Shown: positions 1 through 11,174, counted from the whole stretch's first letter. The stretch is DNA of 63,151 nt, filler included, from Thraustochytrium aureum (GCA_012862495.1; 3 parts of 3 records of this genome joined end to end with filler, not necessarily neighbours in it); one strand, 5' to 3'. The notes: generated by a model from the sequence alone, not told the origin. Program-made: numbers and translations.

Positions 1-608
1 TCAAGCCCAACGCGATGCCCAAGCATGGCGCCAAGCGAAAGCCCAACCGTCACGCCGAACGTGAGCCCGAGCCCGAACGGATGAGGAAGGCTCATCTGCT
101 GCGGTCAACACGAGCTCGCAAGCAAGTCTGTCGTCTGCCTTTTATGAGGTCAGTGTCGTGCAGGCGCGAGCAGCACAGGCTGCGGTACAAAAAAAGCGAC
201 GATGGCGCTCGTCAAACGCCGTAGGTACTTCCAGCAGTCGTGCACTGTGGATGATCGCGACTTGGGCGCCAGGACGTGTTCCAGCGACCACGCCGTGCGA
301 GTTTTGCCAGCTGTTATGGCCAGTCCTCGTTTTAGACAAAGCATTAGGTAGGAGGACTGGCGGCTGCCTTTAAGAATTGTTTTGGCAATTTCGACGCGGA
401 AACTTTGGTGCGTGCAGACTCGAAACGAGCGAAGCGCCGCGCAGGATTGCTTTTGGACGAGACGCTGTTGCCCAAAGAGCGCCAGACGCGAGCCTCCGGC
501 CGCTGTGGCCAGTAGCTCATCGCTCAGCCCAAGGCTTGTAGCGCGTCGGGGCAGGGTCTCGGACCGCCGCCCATCGAGGTTTTCCAAGTCCCGGGTCAGT
601 CCGCCAAG

Positions 609-1756
609 ATGGCCACGCAGCTGGACGGCGAGGTCGACTGGGACGCACACAGTGCCGCGGCGCAGGCGGCGCGCAAGGCCTTTGCGTTCGGGAGCGACGG
701 CGCCGAGATGGAGGTGGCCTACTTGAATGGAGCGTTCATGAGCCCCACGCTCCAAGCCGCCACGGAGGCTTGCAAGGCTGGCCTCGAGGTTCAGCGTTGC
801 CCGTGGAACCTGACCTACCCAGCCGGATTTCGCGCTCCTGTCGAGGAGGCGCGCGAACTTTTCAGCCGCGTCGTGGAAGCGCCGATGCGCAACATCNNNN
901 NNNNNNNNNNNNNNNNNNNNNNNNNNNNNNNNNNNNNNNNNNNNNNNNNNNNNNNNNNNNNNNNNNNNNNNNNNNNNNNNNNNNNNNNNNNNNNNNNNNN
1001 NNNNNNNNNNNNNNNNNNNNNNNNNNNNNNNNNNNNNNNNNNNNNNNNNNNNNNNNNNNNNNNNNNNNNNNNNNNNNNNNNNNNNNNNNNNNNNNNNNNN
1101 NNNNNNNNNNNNNNNNNNNNNNNNNNNNNNNNNNNNNNNNNNNNNNNNNNNNNNNNNNNNNNNNNNNNNNNNNNNNNNNNNNNNNNNNNNNNNNNNNNNN
1201 NNNNNNNNNNNNNNNNNNNNNNNNNNNNNNNNNNNNNNNNNNNNNNNNNNNNNNNNNNNNNNNNNNNNNNNNNNNNNNNNNNNNNNNNNNNNNNNNNNNN
1301 NNNNNNNNNNNNNNNNNNNNNNNNNNNNNNNNNNNNNNNNNNNNNNNNNNNNNNNNNNNNNNNNNNNNNNNNNNNNNNNNNNNNNNNNNNNNNNNNNNNN
1401 NNNNNNNNNNNNNNNNNNNNNNNNNNNNNNNNNNNNNNNNNNNNNNNNNNNNNNNNNNNNNNNNNNNNNNNNNNNNNNNNNNNNNNNNNNNNNNNNNNNN
1501 NNNNNNNNNNNNNNNNNNNNNNNNNNNNNNNNNNNNNNNNNNNNNNNNNNNNNNNNNNNNNNNNNNNNNNNNNNNNNNNNNNNNNNNNNNNNNNNNNNNN
1601 NNNNNNNNNNNNNNNNNNNNNNNNNNNNNNNAGAACCGTGTCTTGGCTTCGCTGCGGGGACCTTCGGTGCGCGTCTCGCCGCACATCTGGGCAACCAAGG
1701 CCGACGTGGACCGCTTGCTGGGTGTGCTACGCACGTTCGTGGCTGGGCGCCCTTAA
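609..1756 (+). CDS. Class-V PLP-dependent aminotransferase / cysteine desulfurase-like protein (middle in gap 897-1631)
   Basis: N-terminal YLNGAFMSP...EEARELF and C-terminal VRVSPHIWATKADVDRLL match the class-V N-terminal YLNxA and C-terminal RxSPHxYN...DxDRL patterns. The PLP lysine region is in the gap. Confidence 0.75.
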
Positions 1757-1877
1757 CAAGCAGCATTGTTGCGCAAACAAGGCCGACCTGGGCCGCTTCG
1801 CTGGGTTTGCTGCGCAGCTTTGTCGCTGATAGTCCTTGACAAGCAGCTGGGGCCGTGTTAGTTCATTACACACAAAT

Positions 1878-2735
1878 CTACTCTTCGGCCGTTTCCCCCT
1901 CGGCACTGTCGGCGGCCTCAGCAGCGTCGGCCGCCGCCTCGTCGGCCCCTGTCTCGTCAGTCGCCGCCTCTTCGGCCACCTCCTCCGCGGCACTGTCAGT
2001 GGCGCCCTCTTCAGATGGCTTGCCTTCCTCAGCCTTCTTCGGTTTGTCCTCCTTTGCCTTGGGGGCCTTGGGCTTGGGGCGCTGCGAGAGGGGCTTCTCA
2101 AAGTCAACGCCAAGGATGGCCTGCACAAAGCTGGGCTCCTCTTTGACGAGCTCCTCGAGCATCTTGACGTATGCGAGGGACTGGCCAACGGGCTTCTCGT
2201 CGATGCCGCTTTCATACTTGGCGTTCTCCACCTCGCCGCGCGCCTTCTCGACGACCGAGTGGCCCTCGGACACAGCCACCCAGCGCACGCGCCAGCCTCC
2301 TACGCGCGCGGTCGTCTCTGTGAGGTCGCGCTCCATCTCGGGCTTGTAGCGAAGCCGAACGCGAAACCCTGTGTTGGTCGCGTGCACCGGGACGTTCTTC
2401 CCCGTCACGTTGACGAGCGGCGAGAGCGAGTGCAGCGTCTCGAGCGTGGCGTTGACGGGCATGAGCGCTTTGCGCGAGTCCGCCGTGACCGTGCAAAAGT
2501 ACTTTGGCACGCGGTCAAACTTGAGGTGGCCGGTGTCAACCACGGTGTAGATGCTGCCTTTCGAATCAGCCTTCCACTTGGTGCTCCCGGACGGCGTCGC
2601 GCCGGTGTAAAAGTACTTGCCGTCCGCGTCACCGCGCCGCCTTTTCTTCTTCTGCGCCTCTGCCGCGCCGCCGCACAGCACCAGCACGACGACGGCCAGC
2701 CACACGGCGACCGAAGAAGCCCTCGACCACCTCAT
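1878..2735 (-). CDS. Secreted/ER-targeted protein of unknown function, 285 aa, with acidic tail
   Basis: ATG, hydrophobic signal peptide (VAVWLAVVVLVLCGGAAEA), globular beta-rich middle, E/A-rich tail, GC3-rich codons. Confidence 0.7.
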   Translation of the reverse strand: MRWSRASSVAVWLAVVVLVLCGGAAEAQKKKRRRGDADGKYFYTGATPSGSTKWKADSKGSIYTVVDTGHLKFDRVPKYFCTVTADSRKALMPVNATLETLHSLSPLVNVTGKNVPVHATNTGFRVRLRYKPEMERDLTETTARVGGWRVRWVAVSEGHSVVEKARGEVENAKYESGIDEKPVGQSLAYVKMLEELVKEEPSFVQAILGVDFEKPLSQRPKPKAPKAKEDKPKKAEEGKPSEEGATDSAAEEVAEEAATDETGADEAAADAAEAADSAEGETAEE

Positions 2736-3758
2736 TTTCTCCGCAGCTCAAACCGAGGCCAACTCGCAACCGTCTCCTGCGTAACGACGTGCACCCGCCT
2801 CAGCTGCTCCTGACTCCGACGCCGCTGGCTCTGGCGATGCTCCTTCGAGGTCTGCTCGAAGCTCGTCTGCTCGGCCAACGTCCTGCCAGGTTGGCAGCGC
2901 CCAATCAGTGCGAAAATTGGACCCAAATGTGCCCCAACCACAACTGCTTGGCGGCGGCGATGATGATCATCACGATCAATGAAAGAAAAAAAATCCTGGC
3001 GGCTGGGGCGCGCAGGCCTGCCTGGGTGTCGCCGGCTGCTCCGTCAAGAGGTTGGTTGGTTGCTCGGTGCACCCATTTCGATCCGCGGGCGCTCGGCAAC
3101 AGGTTTGTTACGCAGGTCGCGTGTCAACGTTGAACGGTCCTCGCATTCGGCAGGCTCTTCGCCATCTTCTGACTTTTGGTTGCGTGCCCGGATGCTGCGG
3201 GACTGGTCTGGGGGCTCTTCAGCACGCGGCCTCCGTCGCGCGCAGAGATGTTCCGTCACTGGTAGCCTTGGCTCGAGCGACTCCGCTTCCATTTAAGCAT
3301 GAATCCAGATCGAGCATCAACAGATTAATGCGGCCCGCGGCCTGCCGCATGCAGCAGCCGTCCGCAGCGGTGCGCTGCAAAGCAGTGAGGCCTTGCGAAG
3401 TCTTCGAGGCAGTGGCGGAGAATGGCTGGTGGTTTTTGTTGTTGGCATGCCCCTCGCTGTATGAAATGCGAAGCGGCCTGTTTTGACATGGGGGCAGCCG
3501 CCATCGACGCAAATGTAAAACACTGTACAAGGACCCTCGTTGGCGCTGAGCAGCTGTTGCAAGTCGCAATCTGATAGTTTGTGGTGATGGGAAAATCTAC
3601 GCGAAAAAAAACGCAGCGCTGCAGGCGCATCGCCTCGGGCAAGCCGAGGCCCGCGTCTTGCTTGCCGATCTCATTAGACTCGGGGTGTCCTGCGCGGAGT
3701 ACCGGCGACCCAAACGGGGCACACGAAACGAGGCGCAGAATACGCCGCCGCGAGCCGT

Positions 3759-4825
3759 TTACTTGGTCCTAGTCAGCGTCGAGAAAAGCATCACGCCCAG
3801 CGCGACAGCGCCTGCAACGAGGATCGGGTTTTCCTCCACGAACGTGGTGAATGAGCGTACCTTCTTTTGGCTCAGCGCAGCTACGCCTGGGAGATCTTTT
3901 CCCTCGAGGAGCTCGAGGCTGGCACCGCCGCCCGTGGACACGTGCGAGACCTTGTCCTCGGTGTCAAAGTATTGGGGAGTGCAGCACGTGGCAGTGTCCC
4001 CACCACCGATGATCGTCAGAGCACCACCCTTGGTGGCTTCGACGACGGCGTCCATGACGGCCTGACCTCACGCGCACGGAGCGGCCTACGTCAGCTTCGC
4101 ATAGTCTGGGCAACACAAACGCAAGCAAACAAACACACACACAAACGCAGCAGTGCATGCGCGCGAAGAAGAGACCTTCAACTTACCTTTGTGCCCCCAG
4201 CAAAGTTGGGGAACTCAAACACGCCCATGGGGCCGTTCCAGACAACGAGCTTGGCGCGCTTGACGGCGGCGGCGAAAGCCTTCTGGGACTCGGGCCCGAC
4301 GTCGAGGCCCATCCAGCCCTTCTCGATGCCCTGGGCCTCCGTGGCCACCTTGTGCTGGGCGTCCTTGCTGAAGGCATCGGCAACGACAAAGTCTGTGGGC
4401 AGGTGGATCTTGACGTTTTTGGCCTTGGCCTTGGCCATAATGTCCTCGACAATGGCCGCGCCCTTCTCGTCGTAGAGCGAGCCGCCGATCTCCATATTGT
4501 CCAACACCTTCTTGAAGGTAAACGCCATGCCGCCCCCGATGATCATCTCGTCGACCTGGTCGAGCAAGTTCATGATGAGCTGGATCTTGTCCTCCACCTT
4601 GGCGCCGCCGAGGATGCTCAGGAAGGGCCGGCTCGGGCTCTCGAGCGCCTTGGCAAAGTAGTCGAGCTCCTTCTTCATGCAAAACCCGGCGGCGCGCGTT
4701 TCGAGGTTGACGCCAACCATGCTCGAGTGCGCGCGGTGCGCCGTGCCGAACGCGTCGTTGACGTACACGTCGCCCAGCTTGGTGAGCGAGGCGCGGAAGG
4801 CCTCGACCGCCTTGGCCTCGGGCTT
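3759..4825 (-). CDS. PGK: Phosphoglycerate kinase (5' part in gap). Visible exons 4825-4187 and 4061-3759; C-terminal hydrophobic extension
   Basis: Motifs [37 protein letters not shown] and [17 protein letters not shown]. Splicing the 4186-4062 intron gives GGTK/AVMDAVV in frame. Confidence 0.97.
4062..4186 (-). other. Spliceosomal intron in PGK (125 nt)
   Basis: GTAAGT donor, GCTGAC branch motif (4095-4090), CAG acceptor; restores the conserved PGK frame. Confidence 0.92.
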
Positions 4826-5431
4826 NNNNNNNNNNNNNNNNNNNNNNNNNNNNNNNNNNNNNNNNNNNNNNNNNNNNNNNNNNNNNNNNNNNNNNNNNNN
4901 NNNNNNNNNNNNNNNNNNNNNNNNNNNNNNNNNNNNNNNNNNNNNNNNNNNNNNNNNNNNNNNNNNNNNNNNNNNNNNNNNNNNNNNNNNNNNNNNNNNN
5001 NNNNNNNNNNNNNNNNNNNNNNNNNNNNNNNNNNNNNNNNNNNNNNNNNNNNNNNNNNNNNNNNNNNNNNNNNNNNNNNNNNNNNNNNNNNNNNNNNNNN
5101 NNNNNNNNNNNNNNNNNNNNNNNNNNNNNNNNNNNNNNNNNNNNNNNNNNNNNNNNNNNNNNNNNNNNNNNNNNNNNNNNNNNNNNNNNNNNNNNNNNNN
5201 NNNNNNNNNNNNNNNNNNNNNNNNNNNNNNNNNNNNNNNNNNNNNNNNNNNNNNNNNNNNNNNNNNNNNNNNNNNNNNNNNNNNNNNNNNNNNNNNNNNN
5301 NNNNNNNNNNNNNNNNNNNNNNNNNNNNNNNNNNNNNNNNNNNNNNNNNNNNNNNNNNNNNNNNNNNNNNNNNNNNNNNNNNNNNNNNNNNNNNNNNNNN
5401 NNNNNNNNNNNNNNNNNNNNNNNNNNNNNNN

Positions 5432-6705
5432 NCCTGCTGAAGCCCCCTGCAGGCGGCGAGAGCTTGCCATACAGCTTGCGGAACACCGGGAGCCCCGCAG
5501 TCCGCATCCACACCACAAAGCCCTCGTCGCGCACACCGCCAGCGGACAGCGAGTTGGAGGCGTCCGCTGGCGGCGGGATGCCGCCAGCCGAGACCAAGAT
5601 GTCCCCGTCGTTCTGGCAAGCGGCGCAGCCGCTGCCGAAAAATACGTTCTCGCCGGGGAAGTTTGCGTTGACAAAGCTGTTCCAGGCCGCCTCCCCATAG
5701 GCCTGGACTCCAAGGTTGTTCACATACTCGGTAAAGCCAATGCAGGGCTGCGGCCCCGCCTCCAGGTTGGGCGCCTTGGTGTTGTTGGCCGGGCTGTAGC
5801 ACAGAAACTGGTCGTAGGTCTGCCAGAGGTACTGGTACTGAAAGTAGCGCTCCGGGCACAAGTTGGTCCCGTTGCCCGCCGGGCTCTCCGCCGAGCCAGG
5901 GTTGAGCTGCGGCGTGTCCCCGCACGACACGTTGGTCGGGTTGCGGTACTTGTTGCTGAGGTCCGAGGCCCAGGCGATACCGCTGGTCACGAGGTCGACC
6001 GGCGGCGTGGTCACGTCGTCCAAGGGCACGCCCGCGGCGAAAGAGACGCTGGCCTCGCCCTCGCGCGAGAACTCGCGGAGCGAGATGCCGTCGTTGAACA
6101 CGCTGAGCGCGATCAGGCCGCACGGGTAAAAGATCCGGCCGAACGAGGGGGAGGTATCGTTGCTGGCAAAGCTCACGCTTGGGTCGCAGGCAGTCGACAA
6201 CGCGCTGTTCGACGTCTCGGTCACCGGGTTGATGAAAACGCTGTCCAAGAGCTGGTCCTCGCTAGCGATTTGACGTACCGGCGATGGTTTTGGTAAAAGT
6301 TGTCGATCTGGTAGTACACAAACACGGTGTCGGACTCCTCGATGTCCCGGTCGAAAGTGAACGTCAGCTTGCAGTCGTCAAAGCTCTGGGAGTTTGCCTG
6401 GACGCGCGCGTATCCCGCGTTGACTGCGTCGATCTGGCAAGACGAGCTTATGCCATTCGCGATCTGGCCTTTGTCGTAGCTATCATAAGTGACAACCGCC
6501 TCGAACAGGTTGTCCGAGAGCAGCCACAGGTAGGCGCCGACGGGAACAAACACGATCCCCACGACAATGAAGGTGCCGATCACCCAGGCGGGCGTCAGGA
6601 TGGGTTGCCACGCGTCCAGCTTTTGCTGCTTGAACTTTGTGTTCTCGGGCCTGTTCGAGGCCTCGGCCTTTTCCTCGCCGCTGTCGGCTTCGCGTCCTTG
6701 GCCAT
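5432..6705 (-). CDS. CDC50: CDC50/LEM3 family P4-ATPase flippase beta subunit (3' end in gap; apparent 1-nt frameshifts near 6685 and 6263)
   Basis: Motifs FKQQKLDAWQPILTP, YYQIDNFYQNHRRYVKS, PCGLIALSVFND, GIAWASD and FVVWMRTAGLPVFRKLYG. Confidence 0.93.
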
Positions 6706-7689
6706 CTCCTTGCGCGGCACTCCGGCGTCCGCAGTGCTCTCGCGTCGCCTTCCCGGGGGCGACGCCGCTCGGCCTCGCCCTGCCGCGGCCTCCTCCCTCC
6801 TTTCGCAACTGTCCGCAGCCCTCGTGCGCGAGCGTCTCAACCAACACGGCACCGCCCGACCCACGGCCCAGTCCACGTTCCTCGCCCTGCCTAACGCGAG
6901 CCGCGCGTCCTGCGCACAGAGTCTCGCTCCTGCGTGCTCTGCGTGCTCTGCGTGCACAAGCCCGCGCGCTGCTGCTCGTCGAAGATGGAGGTCTGCCGCT
7001 CCTCCTCCTCCTCCTCCTCCNNNNNNNNNNNNNNNNNNNNNNNNNNNNNNNNNNNNNNNNNNNNNNNNNNNNNNNNNNNNNNNNNNNNNNNNNNNNNNNN
7101 NNNNNNNNNNNNNNNNNNNNNNNNNNNNNNNNNNNNNNNNNNNNNNNNNNNNNNNNNNNNNNNNNNNNNNNNNNNNNNNNNNNNNNNNNNNNNNNNNNNN
7201 NNNNNNNNNNNNNNNNNNNNNNNNNNNNNNNNNNNNNNNNNNNNNNNNNNNNCCTTCTGCTCCTTGCTGCCTCTCGTTACAACTTTGTTAACTCGCAAAA
7301 CAAACAAAAACAAAACTAAATAAATAAATAAGTAAATAATAAAACACGAAACCCACTGCGAAGCGGAAGCAAAAACGGGAAAGAATAACTTGGAGGAATG
7401 AAGGAAAGGAAGAACGGGCAAAACACTGTGAGGAGGGGACGGCCGCGGCGGAAACGGTTCAGAGGGGCCGCGCCGTGCGCCTCTGTTCAGGGAGCGCAAG
7501 GGCCACTCGAATTGCGGAGCGCCTCACATGCGCTTGTGCTGTGTTGCGGATTCGCGCGCCGCCCTCTGGCCGCGCGTTAAAGTCAAGGCGCAGAAGTTGT
7601 ACCTTGGGGTTCGGAGGGCTGCACGCGGGGCTTAGCGGGCTGTGAGGGTGCTGGTTCAGCCCTCCCCTCTGGCGGGCTGAGCCGTTTCT

Positions 7690-7926
7690 TCAGCCGCCAA
7701 GAGGAATCTTCGAGGTAAACTCGAGAAGGCGGCGTAAAACGCGGTCGGGAAGATGATGAGGTTGACACTGGAGCTTGACGACGATGGCGGCGATGGGGTG
7801 CCAGCCAGCTCGCGTTGGCGTCGATCGATCGGGTGAACGCTGCTTGCTCGGCGCGGGTGTGCAGGCTGCCTTCGTGGGCTGCGCTGGCGGTGGGCTCAAC
7901 TGATTGGACTGGCGGGGGGCTGACAT
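7690..7926 (-). CDS. Possible small protein (78 aa)
   Basis: ATG preceded by an A/C-rich leader (CAACAACCTTGAAGAAAACCATCA). C-terminal LPDRVLRRLLEF amphipathic motif. No family recognised. Confidence 0.3.
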   Translation of the reverse strand: MSAPRQSNQLSPPPAQPTKAACTPAPSKQRSPDRSTPTRAGWHPIAAIVVKLQCQPHHLPDRVLRRLLEFTSKIPLGG

Positions 7927-8093
7927 TGATGGTTTTCTTCAAGGTTGTTGTGAGATCCTCGGTTGGGACGTGCAATTGTGTGTATGTGTGCGGTGCACGC
8001 GTGCAAGCTCGGCTGTGCGCGCGCACGACAGGCTGATGATAGTTGGACGTTTGCGTTGTTTTCTTTCTGGCTTTTCTTGCTGCAGGGATTTGG

Positions 8094-9131
8094 TCACTGG
8101 AGCGGCTCGGACAGCGACGTTGATGGCAAGGTGCCGGTCTTGGAAGGGCCGCGGCGGCACATGGGAATCAGCATCGAGGTCGTCTTGATGGTCTCAGCAA
8201 AGGCCGGCCGGCTGTCGAGCATGCGCTTCTCCATGAGCGGGATGCTCGCGAGCACAAACATCAGAGTCAGCGCGACAAAGCCAGCGCCCGTCCACCAGAG
8301 CCGGCCAGCGTCCACCGCCAGAGCGTGCAAGTAAAGGCCGAACCAGAACGAGAGCTCGCCAAAGTAGTTGGGGTGCCGCGAGTATCGCCACAAGCCCGCC
8401 TCCATCACAGTCCCTGGCTCGTGCGGCGTGCTCCGAAACCGCCGCATTTGCTCGTCTGCCACGAACTGGACCACCGCAGCGCCAACGCAAACTGCGCTCG
8501 CGATAAAGTCGAGCGCGTTGAGGCCGTTCCCGCCGTCCTTGTTCTCCCCCGTTGACGCAGCAAAGTAGACAGGCAGGCTGCCGACAAAGACTTGGAACGT
8601 GGGGAAGACCATGATGCCCATCAGGCTGCCGCCGACCCAGTAGGCGGCCTTGGGCAGGCCGGCCGACTGAAACGTGCCGCGGATGCGCACGTACCGAAAG
8701 TCCTCGTGGTGCAGGCCGGGCCAGTCGCGCGCCCAGTTGGACGTCAGGCGCACCGCCCAAACCCAAACCGAGATGAACAACAGCACCACGCGCACAGCCG
8801 GCACGTCCTTGTCGCGTTTGTCGAGCGCCTCGACGACCCAGTAGACCAGCACCACCGGCGTGAAAAGCGACCAGTACGCGTCGTACATGGAGCTGTTGTT
8901 GACCAGAATCCCGCTCACCCAGATCACGATCGTGGCTGCCACATCTGCTACGGCTGCCAGCAGCAAAGGCGCCTCATTCGTGAGCCCGCCCTCGCCAGCG
9001 GCCTCCTGCACCGCCCACGCCGTCCCGCACCCAACGCCGAGGGCGAGGGCGTACCAGGTCCACACGTACAAATGCGACAAGCCCTTGCCCCAGCCGTGGG
9101 CAAAGCGCCCAGTCTGCGTGTCGTAGCCCAT
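8094..9131 (-). CDS. DUF1295 family membrane protein (steroid 5-alpha-reductase-like superfamily)
   Basis: Motifs NSSMYDAYWS, WAVRLT, EDFRY, ADEQMRRF and GLWRYSRHPNYFGE; several TM segments. Confidence 0.92.
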   Translation of the reverse strand: MGYDTQTGRFAHGWGKGLSHLYVWTWYALALGVGCGTAWAVQEAAGEGGLTNEAPLLLAAVADVAATIVIWVSGILVNNSSMYDAYWSLFTPVVLVYWVVEALDKRDKDVPAVRVVLLFISVWVWAVRLTSNWARDWPGLHHEDFRYVRIRGTFQSAGLPKAAYWVGGSLMGIMVFPTFQVFVGSLPVYFAASTGENKDGGNGLNALDFIASAVCVGAAVVQFVADEQMRRFRSTPHEPGTVMEAGLWRYSRHPNYFGELSFWFGLYLHALAVDAGRLWWTGAGFVALTLMFVLASIPLMEKRMLDSRPAFAETIKTTSMLIPMCRRGPSKTGTLPSTSLSEPLQ

Positions 9132-10058
9132 CACGAGGCCTGCAGACTGTCATCCACTACGTTCGGGCTCTGCGCTCTCCTCGCCAGGGAGCGCAGAGCT
9201 TCGAACGTGGGCGAGTCAAATGTTGTCGTTCATGTCGCATCGTTCACGTCGTTTACAAGTATCGTTCGTGGCCTTGCATCTGGCCAAGTCAAATCAACCA
9301 AGAGCAACACCATGAAGGGAGCACGCAGGCCCGATCCTTCCGAGTGGCTCGACCCTTCCGACTCGTTCCTCGCTTGCTCGCTCAGAGGCTCAACGAGCTC
9401 GATGATTGTTTGGGCAATCGCTTGGTGAGTGCGCCATGGCGCACTCTACGCCACTCACGGATCGGTGTAACTTGTGGATTTGTCGTGTGCAGAGCAGCAG
9501 TTTTCCTTCGCCGGAGCTCGCCGCAAATGCTGTGCAAACTCAGGCTTCAACAAGCAAAACCCCGGGCTATTATGCAGGCTTTTAGTAATAGTTCCGGGCC
9601 ACGATCATTGCCGGTTTCACGCAGACAGCTGCATCCCTTGAGATCCCTTCAGGCACGACGAGTNNNNNNNNNNNNNNNNNNNNNNNNNNNNNNNNNNNNN
9701 NNNNNNNNNNNNNNNNNNNNNNNNNNNNNNNNNNNNNNNNNNNNNNNNNNNNNNNNNNNNNNNNNNNNNNNNNNNNNNNNNNNNNNNNNNNNNNNNNNNN
9801 NNNNNNNNNNNNNNNNNNNNNNNNNNNNNNNNNNNNNNNNNNNNNNNNNNNNNNNNNNNNNNNNNNNNNNNNNNNNNNNNNNNNNNNNNNNNNNNNNNNN
9901 NNNTTGTGTCCAACTGCTGATCGGGAAGCGTCGAGTACTACCAGATTGCTCCCAGACGTGACATTCGTGGTCAAGAGCAGACCTGCAACCACGAGACAGC
10001 TCGAAGGAGAGATAATCAGCAACAGCGCATCGAAAGGCACAACTTGCCGCAGGACAGC

Positions 10059-11174
10059 ATGACCAAACTCGCGATTATCGGTGTTGGCCTCGGCCTGCTT
10101 TGCGCCGCTCCCGTGCAGAGCGCGGTTGTGGACCTCTCAGGCCAGCTCGACGGCGCGGTCCGCACGTTCATCACAAACCAGTGCCTGGGCGACGTTATCA
10201 TTGAGAGGGGCGATGGAGCCGCGGATACGCTGCAAGTCGACACCAACACCGACCTGGAGGTCACTGTGGAGTCCAAGAACGGCCAAACGATCCTGCGCAC
10301 CGTCGGCGCGGTCCGAGGCGCAGGGTTCTACTTTCGCGCGCACCTCAAGCTCGGCGCGTCCAACGATGGTTTGCTTGCGGCGCAGGTAAACTCGGCTGCG
10401 AACATGTACCTGGACGGTGCAGCGACGAGTAGCGACAGTCTCGCGCTCACGGTGCAGGGCTCTGGTGTCATCGCCGTCACGACGCTCGTGACAAATACGA
10501 GCTCGATTTCGGCGTCCGTGCCAGGATCTGGCGAGATCTTTTTGCAGGATTTGGGCGCTTCCGCTGCAGCCAAGTTTAGCGCAACGGTCCCGGGCTCGGG
10601 GTCAATCAACGTCGCGGCTGCGAGTGGAGCGAGCCCGAGCGGCTCCATCGACATGAGCGGTTCTGGCGACGTTTGTGTGGGGGGCGCGAGCTTGTCCTTC
10701 GACAAGCTCGCCATCAGCATGTCTGGCTCGGGCGACATATGGACAGCGATTCAAAGCCAGTCAGCCCTCAGTGGCGAGGTGGACGTTTCCATGATTGGCG
10801 CCGGCGACATCGACGTCTGCTCGCTTCGTGCAACGACTGTGAATGCACAAATTCCTGGCTCTGGTGACATTTGGGTAAGCGCCTCTGACAGCATCACGGG
10901 CAGCATCTCGGGGTCTGGAACCGTCTACTACGTAAAGGCTGAGGACAGCCTGACTGTTGGTGTGGCGACGCCCGGAAGCGGCGAGACGAATCAAATCACC
11001 TCGTGCCCGAGCATAGAGTCCTGTGAGAGGGTTCCAAGCGCTCCAGCGACACCAACTTTGACCAACGCCAGGTTCGAGGCGTCCTGCAACAAAAGCGACG
11101 CGCCCCGCCTGGCAGGCTCGTTCGCTCTGGTCGCGGCAATGACGCTCGCTGCTTCTGCCTTTGCGGTTCTATAA
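10059..11174 (+). CDS. GIN-domain (DUF2807, adhesin-head-like beta-solenoid) surface protein with signal peptide and probable GPI-anchor signal
   Basis: About nine GSG[DES]-type repeat units at roughly 20-26 aa spacing; N-terminal signal peptide; C-terminal small residues followed by hydrophobic tail FALVAAMTLAASAFAVL. Confidence 0.8.
   Translation: MTKLAIIGVGLGLLCAAPVQSAVVDLSGQLDGAVRTFITNQCLGDVIIERGDGAADTLQVDTNTDLEVTVESKNGQTILRTVGAVRGAGFYFRAHLKLGASNDGLLAAQVNSAANMYLDGAATSSDSLALTVQGSGVIAVTTLVTNTSSISASVPGSGEIFLQDLGASAAAKFSATVPGSGSINVAAASGASPSGSIDMSGSGDVCVGGASLSFDKLAISMSGSGDIWTAIQSQSALSGEVDVSMIGAGDIDVCSLRATTVNAQIPGSGDIWVSASDSITGSISGSGTVYYVKAEDSLTVGVATPGSGETNQITSCPSIESCERVPSAPATPTLTNARFEASCNKSDAPRLAGSFALVAAMTLAASAFAVL

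Noticed and set aside
4178..6248. Apparent CDC50-PGK fusion ORFs across gap 4826-5431
   Set aside because: Continuity comes only from Ns. Gap length is an estimate and is probably too short for both missing gene ends.
6250..6700. Recurrent 1-nt frameshifts (CDC50, NEMF, kinesin, kinase, temptin gene) as programmed frameshifting, insertional RNA editing or pseudogenisation
   Set aside because: They fall in otherwise intact conserved genes, several at homopolymers (e.g. T9 at 14092-14100), with no shared slippery or editing motif. Sequencing error in a draft assembly is far more likely.
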